Origin: Nitrososphaerota archaeon
GTDB taxonomy: Archaea > Thermoproteota > Nitrososphaeria_A > Caldarchaeales > Calditenuaceae
Direction: 5' to 3'
Length of the DNA stretch: 28,750 nt
Assembly (NCBI GenBank): GCA_038741355.1
Contig: JAVYLC010000009.1
Span: 1 to 28,750 of the forward strand
In this document: positions 7,065-15,806 of the stretch, in pieces
Layout: the number at the start of each line of letters is the position of its first letter
How positions within the stretch are numbered: position 1 is the stretch's first letter
Translations under genes and position numbers: made by a program
Notes under the pieces: model-generated
Told to the model about the DNA's origin: nothing
Seen by the model: the letters and a program-made list of their open reading frames with translations, nothing else
The model's database searches: none

Positions 7065-8173
7065 GAGGGAGAGTCGCTGACAGGTGTTCCTATCCAGGAC
7101 AGTGATGTCTGGGAGGATTGGATTGTGAAGGCTATGCCTCGTGTCTGCTCTGCAGGCTCCGTATCAAGCATGGTTGGATATTGCTGAGAACCCCAGTACA
7201 TCGTATTGGTGAAGAACTCCTTTACAAAGGAGTCGGGTTTTATACCAGTTATCCTCTGGAGATTTGAGACAAAGTCTTCGTCATGAATATAGCTGGTGAA
7301 TATCTGTCTCCTTATCCAAGAGTATCTCACAGTTATCCCCCCTGCGTTGCCTGTCGTTGCGTAAAGGTTGAGCGCACTACCCCTCAAAAGGTCAAGCCCC
7401 GTTCCATAGGGGTCGAGGTCTCCAATCCCTATCATGAGGATTGGCTTGAACCTGCCCTCGGCAACATCCCCAGAGAGGTAGAAATTATCGACGAAGTTTC
7501 TCGGACCGGTTAGCCCCTGCCAATGCCCGCTAAAGAAGACGAACCATGCATTCCAGTATGGCTTGTTTTCTGAATAGTATCTTGCAAGCTCGAGGAGGAG
7601 GGCTGGAGGGATGGCTTCCATTGCCCCTGGGGAGAGAGCGGGGACGGCTGACCAGCTATCAAACCGTGCAGTGAAGATCATAGTTGTTGGGTCTGCACTA
7701 TTAGTGCCATTTAGAGAGCCGACCACATTGTAAGCGGTGGTCTCGATGTATCTCATTCTTACGAAGATCGTTACGCTCGCACCCTTGTCAGCAGCTTCTT
7801 TCAGTTTTTCTCCGGTATCGCCTGTAACGTAGAGCCGGGGAAAGTTGAGTGGAGCGTCGATGAACTTCTTTAAAGAGTCTAAGTAGTGTGGAACTGTTGG
7901 CGGCTCTATAAAGATTACAGCACGAGCACCAAGCTTCGCAGCATTCAGCCAGTGGGAGCCGCTGGAATAATCCATCAAAACAACGCTTCCGACAACATCT
8001 TTCCCGTCAAAATCCTCCAGCTCTCCACGCCCCACATAGATCAAGTGTCCACTAACCCCCTCCCTTCTTGTCATGGAAGTGTGGGGCCCATTCGGCCAAA
8101 CAGCAAACGCATCGAACTTTACCTTCTCGCCGCCTAATTCAAGCTCAATGAACGAGCCCTCGTCAAATGGCAC
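7025..8173 (-). CDS. Fragment 2: PA domain plus M28-peptidase-like domain with degenerate metal ligands
   Basis: The PA-like segment is GKDVVGSVVLMDYSSGSHWLNAAKLGARAVIFIEPP. The M28-like core is ARFDSW..PGAMEAIPPALLLELARYY..FFSGHWQGLTGPRNFV. Confidence 0.7.
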   Translation of the reverse strand: MPFDEGSFIELELGGEKVKFDAFAVWPNGPHTSMTRREGVSGHLIYVGRGELEDFDGKDVVGSVVLMDYSSGSHWLNAAKLGARAVIFIEPPTVPHYLDSLKKFIDAPLNFPRLYVTGDTGEKLKEAADKGASVTIFVRMRYIETTAYNVVGSLNGTNSADPTTMIFTARFDSWSAVPALSPGAMEAIPPALLLELARYYSENKPYWNAWFVFFSGHWQGLTGPRNFVDNFYLSGDVAEGRFKPILMIGIGDLDPYGTGLDLLRGSALNLYATTGNAGGITVRYSWIRRQIFTSYIHDEDFVSNLQRITGIKPDSFVKEFFTNTMYWGSQQYPTMLDTEPAEQTRGIAFTIQSSQTSLSWIGTPVSDSPSWIWSASILSSIQ

Positions 8174-8475
8174 TACGACACTGTACTTCTGTATGATAAC
8201 CTTGAGCCCATTTCCCTTAGTCTGTCAGCAATGTATTGTGCGGCCTTGTAGTGTCCGGGATAGCCTGTCACCCGGCTACCGAGGCTACTGAGATACTCAA
8301 TGTGCTGAGCCATTAGCGAGGTGTTTATGTCGCTGGGTGAGATCTTCTTTAGAGGTGTTTCCTGGGCCTCAGCTATAGGAATGTGAGAAAGAGAGAAAAT
8401 TGGCACAAGTAGCAATAGGGTCAGAGCTATTGTGGAGCTGAGCCTGATTCTTCTCGGATGCGTATTGGAAAGCAT
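8173..8475 (-). CDS. Fragment 1: signal peptide/anchor and the start of the M28-like domain
   Basis: The hydrophobic leader is RRIRLSSTIALTLLLLVPIFSLSHIPIAEAQ. After LREMG the alternative frame continues as GLKVIIQKYSVVVPFDEGSF, which is the start of the next fragment. Confidence 0.65.
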   Translation of the reverse strand: MLSNTHPRRIRLSSTIALTLLLLVPIFSLSHIPIAEAQETPLKKISPSDINTSLMAQHIEYLSSLGSRVTGYPGHYKAAQYIADRLREMGSRLSYRSTVS

Positions 8476-8614
8476 TCCTCCAGCTACACCCTCCCTGATA
8501 CGGCTTTTCCATCAAAAGCTAATTAATAGCAGCCGAACTATCTATGATGAGCACCGGTTGGAAGAATTTTTTAATAACATTTAAGAAGGCTAGATTCGCG
8601 CTTGGTGAGTAGGT

Positions 8615-9682
8615 TTGGGAGAGATTAAGGTTGGGATTATAGGTTGTGGAGGTATTGCACAAAACGTTCACATTCCCGGGTATCAGCGTCTCGAGAATGT
8701 GAAAGTTGTAGCATGTTGTGATGTTGTGGAGTCGGTCGCGAAGACTGTGGCTGAGAAGTTCAGTATTCCGCGTTACTTTAATGACTATGAAAAGATGCTT
8801 AAGAGTGTTGATTTGGATGCTGTCAGTGTCTGCACACCTAACGCCCTCCATAAGGAGCCGACAATAATGGCCCTTGAGCGCGGCATACATGTCCTAGTAG
8901 AGAAGCCCATTGCCACGAGTGCTGAGGATGGGGCTGCGATGGTTCGTGCAGCTAGGATGGCTGGCAGAATACTGATTGTTGGCTTCCAGGAGCGCTTCAA
9001 TCCTTACGGGATGGTGGTTAGGAAATTTGTGGAGCGCGGGGATTTGGGGTGGGTTTACTATAACAGGGCGGTTTATTTGAGGAGGAGGGGGGTGCCGACT
9101 TGGGGGGCCTTCCTGAACAGGGAGCTGCAGGGTGGTGGAGCCCTGATAGATATCGGCGTCCACGCCCTCGACCTAGCTATGTATCTTCAGGGGTTCAAAA
9201 AGCCTGTTAGCGTGCTGGGCAGAGCCTACACGCTCTTCGGAAAGGACAGGGAGGCTGCTGAAGCAAATATTTGGGGCGCATGGGATACTGAGAAGTTTGA
9301 GGTAGACGATAACGCATTCGCGGTAGTGACTATGGAGGATGGCTCATTCCTAGTGCTTGAGACTTCCTGGGCCGGTCACATCAAGTCGCAGGGCCTCTTC
9401 AACGTCTATCTGCGAGGGACGAGGGGCGGTGCGCAGCTTGACCCTCCAGAAATATATATGGATAGGAATGGGGTGGCCTTTGATATGACACCAGTTATCC
9501 ACACCAAGCCGGATTGGAGGGAGCAGTCCTACATTAAGATAAAGAAGTTTATCGAGTCGATTGAAGTTGGGAAGCCCCTCTACGCGCCGGGCGAGGAGGG
9601 AGTGGTTGTGCAGAGCGTCATCGACGCCATCTATAGGTCGACTGAGACTGGGAAGATTGAGCCAGTACACATACCGCTGTAG
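8615..9682 (+). CDS. Gfo/Idh/MocA-family NAD(P)-dependent oxidoreductase
   Basis: The N-terminal Rossmann segment is KVGIIGCGGIAQNVHIPGY and the EKP motif is VLVEKPIATS. The length is typical of the family. TTG is the first possible start after an in-frame TGA. An A/T-rich box at 8566-8577 lies upstream. Confidence 0.85.
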   Translation: MGEIKVGIIGCGGIAQNVHIPGYQRLENVKVVACCDVVESVAKTVAEKFSIPRYFNDYEKMLKSVDLDAVSVCTPNALHKEPTIMALERGIHVLVEKPIATSAEDGAAMVRAARMAGRILIVGFQERFNPYGMVVRKFVERGDLGWVYYNRAVYLRRRGVPTWGAFLNRELQGGGALIDIGVHALDLAMYLQGFKKPVSVLGRAYTLFGKDREAAEANIWGAWDTEKFEVDDNAFAVVTMEDGSFLVLETSWAGHIKSQGLFNVYLRGTRGGAQLDPPEIYMDRNGVAFDMTPVIHTKPDWREQSYIKIKKFIESIEVGKPLYAPGEEGVVVQSVIDAIYRSTETGKIEPVHIPL

Positions 9683-9691
9683 CTTCGTGGT

Positions 9692-9698
9692 GGAGGTG
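9692..9698 (+). promoter_or_regulatory. Shine-Dalgarno sequence for the aldo-keto reductase gene
   Basis: GGAGGTG lies 7 nt upstream of ATG 9706, in the 23-nt gap after the preceding same-strand gene. Confidence 0.55.
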
Positions 9699-9705
9699 TC
9701 TCCGG

Positions 9706-10689
9706 ATGGAATATGTTAATCTGGGCAGGGCAGGGGTCAAGGTCTCCAAGATCTGCCTAGGATGCCTTAACTTTGGCAATGCTCGTGAGTGGATGGTTGA
9801 GTATGATGGCGCGAAGAAAGTCTTTGAGAAGGCGTGGGACCTAGGCATAAACTTCTTCGACACTGCCAATGTTTATTCGCGGGGGAGGTCTGAAGAGATT
9901 CTCGGGATGCTGCTGGAGGGAAGAAGGGATGACGCCGTGGTGGCCACTAAGGTGTTTGGTAGAATGAGTGAGGGGCCGAACCAGGCAGGATTATCAAGAA
10001 AGCATATCATGTGGCAGGTCCGCGAGTCTCTTAGGAGGCTTAGGACAGACTACATAGACCTATACCAAATACATAGGTGGGACTATGAGACGCCGATTGA
10101 GGAGACGTTAGCGACACTTAACGACTTAGTCAGGGCAGGTAAGGTCCACTATATCGGCGCCTCGAGCATGTGGGCTTGGCAGTTCACCAAGGCGGTATAC
10201 ATCAGTAGGATGAAGGGCTACGCCGAGTTCGTCAGCATGCAGAACGTCTACAACCTGTTATACAGGGAGGAGGAGAGGGAGATGATCCCATTCTGTAAGA
10301 GTGAGGGCATAGCGATAATCCCGTGGAGCCCCCTAGCGGTAGGCGTCCTGAGCGGGAAGTACTATGTGAACGGCAGGGTGGTAGTGACGGAGAAGGATTT
10401 AGAGCGTATAAGGCCCGGCACGAATGACTATAACGCGTACATCGCGCCACCTGAGAATGCCGAGATTGTAAGGAGGGTGATTGAGGTGGCGCAGAATAAG
10501 GGTGTGAAGCCATCCCAGATAGCCCTGGCTTGGTTGTTTAAGAAAGGCGTGACAGCGCCTATCATAGGAACGAATAATCCGGCCCATGTGGAGGAGGCTG
10601 TTGAGGCGCTCAAGATAAATCTCAGCGACGATGAAGTCAAGTATCTGGAGGAGCCCTACAGACCTAAGCCTGTCTTCGGACACAGATAA
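9706..10689 (+). CDS. Aldo/keto reductase family oxidoreductase
   Basis: AKR signatures are present: GINFFDTANVYSRGRSEEILG, IDLYQIHRWD, GKVHYIGASS, and the C-terminal IIGTNNPAHVEEAV. Confidence 0.88.
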   Translation: MEYVNLGRAGVKVSKICLGCLNFGNAREWMVEYDGAKKVFEKAWDLGINFFDTANVYSRGRSEEILGMLLEGRRDDAVVATKVFGRMSEGPNQAGLSRKHIMWQVRESLRRLRTDYIDLYQIHRWDYETPIEETLATLNDLVRAGKVHYIGASSMWAWQFTKAVYISRMKGYAEFVSMQNVYNLLYREEEREMIPFCKSEGIAIIPWSPLAVGVLSGKYYVNGRVVVTEKDLERIRPGTNDYNAYIAPPENAEIVRRVIEVAQNKGVKPSQIALAWLFKKGVTAPIIGTNNPAHVEEAVEALKINLSDDEVKYLEEPYRPKPVFGHR

Positions 10690-10691
10690 TA

Positions 10692-12080
10692 TTACAGCAT
10701 AATACCAGGATTCAGGATATTGTTGGGGTCGAAGAGTTCTTTAAGCCTCTTCATGAGGTCTAGCACCTCGCGGTGCTGCTCCCACATGAATTCCTTCTTC
10801 TCTACGCCTACTCCGTGCTCGGCCGAGAGCGCCCCGCCGACTTCTATGGCGTATCTGGTTAGCTCCGCATTAGCCTTCAGTGCCCTCTCCCACTCATCCC
10901 TGTTACGCCTGTCCGTCAGCCAGTTGGCGTGGACGTTTCCGTCCCCTAGGTGACCCATTACTCCAACCCGGACTCCATATTTTTTGGCGAGCTCGTAGGC
11001 CTTGTTAACGGCGTCTAGGAGGCGGGAGAGTGGGACGATTATGTCGCCTATGATTGGTGACCTGCAGGCCTTCAGGATTGACGGGTAAGCCCCCCTCCTC
11101 GCCTCCCATACTCTCTCGGCCTCCGCCTCGTCTTTAGGGACAACAATGCTGACAGCCCCACCCTCCCTCAAAAGGCTAGTCGCGTCCGCAACCTCTTCTT
11201 CCAGCCCAGCTCTCGAGTAGCTGTGGAACTCGAGGATAATCATGCACTCGTGGTCTGGGAGGTTTAGGCCAGACCACTCCGATATGAGTCTTAGATGCGT
11301 CCTGTCGAGAAACTCTATGGCGCCCGGCTCTATTCCGGAGAGCCTGATCCTACCTATGCATCTTACACCGTCCTCGATCGAGTCGAAGTAGGCCGCGATT
11401 GTCCTCCGGTGCCTCGGAAGTGGTCGGAGCCGTAGCGTGGCCTCCGTTATCACTCCCAATGTCCCCTCGGACCCGACAAGCATTCTCGCCAAGTCATACC
11501 CCATAGAATATTTGAAGACCCGCGAGCCTAGGCGGAGGTCGAGACCTACCGGGAAGACGACCCTCAGAGCCAGAACATAGTCTCTCGTCGCCCCGTACCT
11601 CACTGCCTTGAGCCCTGAGGCGTTGTTAGCGATCATCCCCCCGATGGTGCATGATTTGCCGCTGGCCGGGTCGGGTGGGAAGAAGAGGCCGTAGGGTTCT
11701 AGCTCCTTGTTAAGCTGGTCGTAGATTACTCCGGGCTCTACGTCGACTTGCATGTCATGCTGCCTAACCTCCAAGATCCTGTTCATCTTCATCATGTTCA
11801 TGACTATGCCCCCGAGCGTGGGGGTTGATGCACCCGTGAGCCCTGTCCCCCCGCCTCTGACAGTCACCGGTATCCGCCGCTTCGAAGCATACTTGAGGAC
11901 CTCTAAGACTTCTGAGCTGTTTTCAGGCCAGACGACAGCCTCGGGCAGCACTGGCTGGCCGGCGAAGGCGTCCAAAGCATTGGTCACTAGGTCGTATTCC
12001 TCGTTGGAGACGTCTGAAGCGCCTACGATGGAGGCCAGAGCTGCGAGGTCTTCGGGCCTGACTCGGCTATACTCCATCAT
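10692..12080 (-). CDS. FAD-linked oxidase (GlcD / D-lactate dehydrogenase-like)
   Basis: The PCMH-type FAD-binding motif is VTVRGGGTGLTGAS. The C-terminal oxidase motifs are GALSAEHGVGVEKKEFM and LFDPNNILNPG. Confidence 0.85.
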   Translation of the reverse strand: MMEYSRVRPEDLAALASIVGASDVSNEEYDLVTNALDAFAGQPVLPEAVVWPENSSEVLEVLKYASKRRIPVTVRGGGTGLTGASTPTLGGIVMNMMKMNRILEVRQHDMQVDVEPGVIYDQLNKELEPYGLFFPPDPASGKSCTIGGMIANNASGLKAVRYGATRDYVLALRVVFPVGLDLRLGSRVFKYSMGYDLARMLVGSEGTLGVITEATLRLRPLPRHRRTIAAYFDSIEDGVRCIGRIRLSGIEPGAIEFLDRTHLRLISEWSGLNLPDHECMIILEFHSYSRAGLEEEVADATSLLREGGAVSIVVPKDEAEAERVWEARRGAYPSILKACRSPIIGDIIVPLSRLLDAVNKAYELAKKYGVRVGVMGHLGDGNVHANWLTDRRNRDEWERALKANAELTRYAIEVGGALSAEHGVGVEKKEFMWEQHREVLDLMKRLKELFDPNNILNPGIML

Positions 12081-12124
12081 GCTTCATTACAGTGTATCTG
12101 GTTAAAAACTGATACGCATCCATG

Positions 12125-12532
12125 CTAGCTGGTTTGCCACTTTTCTTCGAGGGCTTTTTTGAGGTCTTTTGTCTCGCCCTTCCTGTGGACCATTACCCTC
12201 GACTCCACCTGGACCTTGAGGCCCAGCCTCCGAAACAGGACCAGCAGGTCTCCAGCGTCTATGGGCTCCTCAACCTTGCCCTCTCTCAAGGCTTTAAGGA
12301 GTGCGGCCGAGACTTTTTTAACTAGGTCTGGATTCTCGGAGAGCGCTGCTGCTAACACCTCGTCCCCCCTCTCCGAGATGTGCTTTTTTAGCTCCTCTAC
12401 CGGGTCAGGCTCCGCTGCCTGTTTCTCTTCATGAACAAGTGTTTCCCTCGACTTGGCTAGCTGTGCCATCAAGGTCCTCATCTTCTTCATCTTTATGAGT
12501 TTGAGACTAATGTCCTCGTCCTCCAAGTCCAC
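12125..12532 (-). CDS. PDCD5/TFAR19-like double-stranded DNA-binding protein
   Basis: The size and layout fit the family. There is an N-terminal charged helix (LKLIKMKKMRTLMAQL), a central helical bundle, and a C-terminal REGKVEEPIDAGDLLVLFRRL..VMVHRKG pattern. Confidence 0.55.
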   Translation of the reverse strand: MDLEDEDISLKLIKMKKMRTLMAQLAKSRETLVHEEKQAAEPDPVEELKKHISERGDEVLAAALSENPDLVKKVSAALLKALREGKVEEPIDAGDLLVLFRRLGLKVQVESRVMVHRKGETKDLKKALEEKWQTS

Positions 12533-12537
12533 ACCCT

Positions 12538-13623
12538 CTAGGCTGATGTGGCTAAAAAACCTCCTCCGCCCTCGTGCCCCTCCTCTCGACCGCTCTGTTG
12601 TTCTCTCTTCTTTCTCAGGGCCGCTCGCCTAGCCGCCCGGCGATAGTATTGTATGGGGTTTTTGATGCCGGGGCATAATCTACCGTCCTCGACGCAGAGG
12701 CCGTGCGTCTTCATTGTGCCGCATGAGGGGGGTGTGTATTTGACCCTGCTCCCCTTCTGCCCCGCTATATGCTCTGTCTGGTAGCGCGCTATCTTTTCGT
12801 TGAAGTCGCTCCTCTGGGAGTACATGGCTATGACCTGTTCCTGGGTATATCCTGCTGTGAGCATGAAGGCAGCTAGGGCGAAGTTGGCGAAGTGGCCTAC
12901 ACCAAGCCCTGCGAGGAGCTCTCTCTTTATCTTAGCCATGCATGGCGGCCAGTATTCCTCACTTACCTGCCCAGCCTCAGCCTCATAGCTCCTCTTCGCC
13001 GCAAGCATCTCTCTAACCTTTTTTGCAATGGCTGAGAGGGAGTCGGGGAGGGGGGTCCCGCGCGCATCCTCATATCGGCTCAGAATACGCTTCTGGATCG
13101 CCTCTACAGCAACTCTCGCCAGCTCCTTCGGAGTCAAGTAGGCCCAGCCTTTCCTCACAACTCTATTCACCAGTTTCCACTCGAGGGCGTCTATTCGGGC
13201 GGTCAGTGCCAAATAGTGAGGGACCCACACCTTGTATGCTCCGAGCTCAGACTCGAAGGGCTGTGAGGGCTCAACCTTGATGCCGAGCTCTGTTTTTAGG
13301 AGCTCTGCAACAACCTCGGGAACTTCCTCCTCTAGGAATCTACCGCATCTAAGCGCCTCGGCTAGAGCCCACCGCCGTGCAAGCCAGTTATCACCGACGG
13401 AGGCCACGAGCAGTAGTGCTACGGCAAAGCTGAGAACCTCAACCTCCCCGTCCTGATGTAGCCCGATCACTGCTTCCTCCCCCCTTTCCAGCGCCTCCGC
13501 TATCCGGCCTAGGGCCCTCTCCACGTCGCGACCAAACCTCTCCGAGCCCAGTTCGTCTATGGAGATTCCCCTTCTCGCCAAGTAATCCCTAGCGGGGGCT
13601 ATGAACGGGTACTTGGCCAGCAT
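12538..13623 (-). CDS. priL: DNA primase large subunit PriL. The start is probably ATG 13623, though the ORF extends to TTG 13647.
   Basis: The N-terminus YPFIAPARDYL matches the family. The Fe-S domain cysteines lie in WPPCMAKIK and PPSCGTMKTHGLCVEDGRLCPGIKNPIQYY, and HFANFALAAFML is also present. Confidence 0.85.
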   Translation of the reverse strand: MLAKYPFIAPARDYLARRGISIDELGSERFGRDVERALGRIAEALERGEEAVIGLHQDGEVEVLSFAVALLLVASVGDNWLARRWALAEALRCGRFLEEEVPEVVAELLKTELGIKVEPSQPFESELGAYKVWVPHYLALTARIDALEWKLVNRVVRKGWAYLTPKELARVAVEAIQKRILSRYEDARGTPLPDSLSAIAKKVREMLAAKRSYEAEAGQVSEEYWPPCMAKIKRELLAGLGVGHFANFALAAFMLTAGYTQEQVIAMYSQRSDFNEKIARYQTEHIAGQKGSRVKYTPPSCGTMKTHGLCVEDGRLCPGIKNPIQYYRRAARRAALRKKREQQSGREEGHEGGGGFLATSA

Positions 13624-13803
13624 CCTCTCAGAGCGTAGCAGAGACAAGGGGAGGTCTACACCCAGTCACCATGAGTGTGCAGGCATTGCTTAAATAGGCT
13701 ACACTTCCACAACCTTTTTAGGGATTATCTTTCGGCGAGGTGTGGGTAAACGTTTTTAGACCACACCAGGCGACTTTGGCCCCGGAAAGGGTAGCCCGGT
13801 GGG

Positions 13804-14493
13804 ATGCGCTATCTTGGGCCGCTGGACAGAATAGTAGGCCACTTCTGCGGCGAGGGGTATTCAGTCTCGGTGGGAGATGGGATTGTCTGGCTGAGCAGGG
13901 ACGGCTCTAAGGGCGCGGTCTGGGTCGTACCTATCGGCGGAGGCTTGGATGAAATACTCTGGGCGGTAATGGGTGCGACCGAGTACGCCAACAAGTTTGG
14001 AAACGCCTATGTAGCCCTACCCTTCAACCTCGCCAAACGGATAGATGAAAGCCACTTCTGGACCTATGGCATCGGCCTAGTCGTCTACGATGAGGAGACG
14101 GTTAAGGAGATACTTCAGCCACGCCCAAGAGCCGAGCCCAGGGAGCCGGCCATCACCCATTCTGAACAAAGGGATGTTAAGATGGATGGGGAGATGTGCA
14201 GTTTAGACATTGCGGTGCTCGAGGAGCTGCTTAGACGGGTTGAGAGGCTTGAGAGGGAGATTTCCAAGCTTGAAGCGCTGGAATTGCTGATAACTAGGGT
14301 CGAGGCGTTGGAGAGCAGGGCTGGGACTCAACAGAGGCCACATCATAGGCCCTCGCCACACGCCGCTCCAGCCACAATACAATACCAAACCACAACAGCA
14401 CATGTTTCAAGTAGCCGGAGACAGTCAGAAGACAAGCTCCCATCCTACCTCCAAGACAATCCCTGGCTAGAAGTGCTGGCGTCGAAGAAGTAG
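13804..14493 (+). CDS. Hypothetical protein with an N-terminal alpha/beta domain, a leucine-rich coiled coil and a C-terminal PSYLQDNPWLEVL motif
   Basis: The ORF has normal composition. A heptad-like segment LEELLRRVERLEREISKLEALELLITRVEALE is followed by a low-complexity linker. Confidence 0.6.
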   Translation: MRYLGPLDRIVGHFCGEGYSVSVGDGIVWLSRDGSKGAVWVVPIGGGLDEILWAVMGATEYANKFGNAYVALPFNLAKRIDESHFWTYGIGLVVYDEETVKEILQPRPRAEPREPAITHSEQRDVKMDGEMCSLDIAVLEELLRRVERLEREISKLEALELLITRVEALESRAGTQQRPHHRPSPHAAPATIQYQTTTAHVSSSRRQSEDKLPSYLQDNPWLEVLASKK

Positions 14494-14501
14494 AGGAGCG
14501 C

Positions 14502-15806
14502 CTATCTTATCTCGATGTACTGGTATGCCTCTGTCAGGTTGCTGAAGGCGTAGTGGACCTTGTTGTAATCTTTCCTGAACTCGGCGACCTCCTTCCTGAT
14601 CTTCTTGGGATCCTCACCCCGCACGACTACCCTGGCGATGAACCGAGCTATCTCCTTCATCTCGCTAGCCCCCATCCCCAACCTCGTAACCTCCTGAACA
14701 CCTATCCTGATACCGCTCGGATTCCTATAGTCTGTCTTCAACTCGTAGTCTTTTGGTATGAGGTTTCTGTTCAGCACGATCCCCGCCTCCTCTAGCTTTA
14801 TCTCTGCATCCCTTCCACCCATGAACCTGCTCACATCTATCAGGACTATGTGTGACTCGGTGTATCCTAGCTGCTCGTATAGTGGGGATAGGCCTTCCTC
14901 GTGCAGGGCCTCTGCGATGGCCTTGGCGTTCCTTACGATGTCGCGAGCATATTGGTGGTAGAAGGCTAGTGCCTCTGCTAGGGCTATTGTGACTCCGGCC
15001 ACTGCGTGGAGGTGGTGGTTGCTGTGTAGTGGTGGGAACATTACATTCTTGAGTTGCTCGGCATACTTTTCGTTGCTGACAACCATCCCGTGCTGCGGCC
15101 CGGCCAGAGTCTTGTGCGTGCTCATGGTCATGACATCAGCACCCTCAGCCAGCGGCTTCTGAAAGACTCCACCCGCTATCAGCCCGGCCACGTGGGCGGC
15201 GTCATAGACTACGGCCGCCCCATACTCCGATGCAAGTCCGGCGATCTCCCTAACAGGGTGCGGGAAGAGGAATACGCTTGCGCCGAGCATGAAGATTTTG
15301 GGCCTCACACCCCCCTCCTTCTCGAGGCGCCTCCTAGTCCCATCCACGTCGATGTTGAACCTCTCGTAGTCGAACTCGTATCTAACTACCTCGAGTCCTC
15401 GGACCCTTCCCGCGGTCCCATTCCATGACCGTTTGCCATGGCTTATGTGGCCTCCATGCGGCACGGCGAGGGCGACCATGACGTCCCCAGGCTCTGCGAG
15501 GGCAGTATAGGCAGCCAGATTAGCCACCACACCAGATATCGGTCTCAGATCTGCAAAGGGCGCGTTGAACACCTTCCTCGCAAGCTCAACACCCATAAGC
15601 TCTACCTCGTCGATCCACCTACAGCCTGCGTAGAGCCTCTCACCAGGATACCCTTCGGCATACCGGTTACCAAAATCGCTGGCAAGAACCTCCCTCACAG
15701 CCGGGCTTGGGACATTCTCGCTGGCGACCAGAGGGATGGCGCTCCTGAAAAACTCGTGATGCGCCCTTAAACACTCCAAGACCCTCTTGAAGTACGTGTA
15801 TCCCAT
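14502..15806 (-). CDS. glyA: Serine hydroxymethyltransferase. The ORF extends to 15902, but ATG 15806 gives the family-typical N-terminus.
   Basis: SHMT signatures are LVASENVPSP, RYAEGYPG and TMSTHKTLAGPQHG (PLP lysine). The 5' extension contains a TATA-like CTTAAATAAG (about 15867-15876), which suggests it is promoter rather than coding. Confidence 0.88.
   Translation of the reverse strand: MGYTYFKRVLECLRAHHEFFRSAIPLVASENVPSPAVREVLASDFGNRYAEGYPGERLYAGCRWIDEVELMGVELARKVFNAPFADLRPISGVVANLAAYTALAEPGDVMVALAVPHGGHISHGKRSWNGTAGRVRGLEVVRYEFDYERFNIDVDGTRRRLEKEGGVRPKIFMLGASVFLFPHPVREIAGLASEYGAAVVYDAAHVAGLIAGGVFQKPLAEGADVMTMSTHKTLAGPQHGMVVSNEKYAEQLKNVMFPPLHSNHHLHAVAGVTIALAEALAFYHQYARDIVRNAKAIAEALHEEGLSPLYEQLGYTESHIVLIDVSRFMGGRDAEIKLEEAGIVLNRNLIPKDYELKTDYRNPSGIRIGVQEVTRLGMGASEMKEIARFIARVVVRGEDPKKIRKEVAEFRKDYNKVHYAFSNLTEAYQYIEIR

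Larger units (their letters stand above)
3757..8475 (-). pseudogene. Disrupted gene of about 1570 codons. It encodes a signal anchor, a PA/M28-like ectodomain, a CarboxypepD_reg-like beta-sandwich and FtsX/MacB-type permease modules.
   Basis: Four consecutive ORF fragments read as one protein once three 1-nt gaps are restored. The gaps are at G/C runs near 8206-8209, 7067-7069 and 4624-4627. One TAG (4522-4524) also has to be read through. See the individual fragments and findings. Confidence 0.65.

Noticed and set aside
8519-8890. 123-aa minus-strand ORF spanning the divergent promoter region and the 5' end of the Gfo/Idh/MocA gene
   Set aside because: It overlaps a well-supported Rossmann-fold CDS on the other strand and has no motif. 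It would also delete the intergenic promoter.
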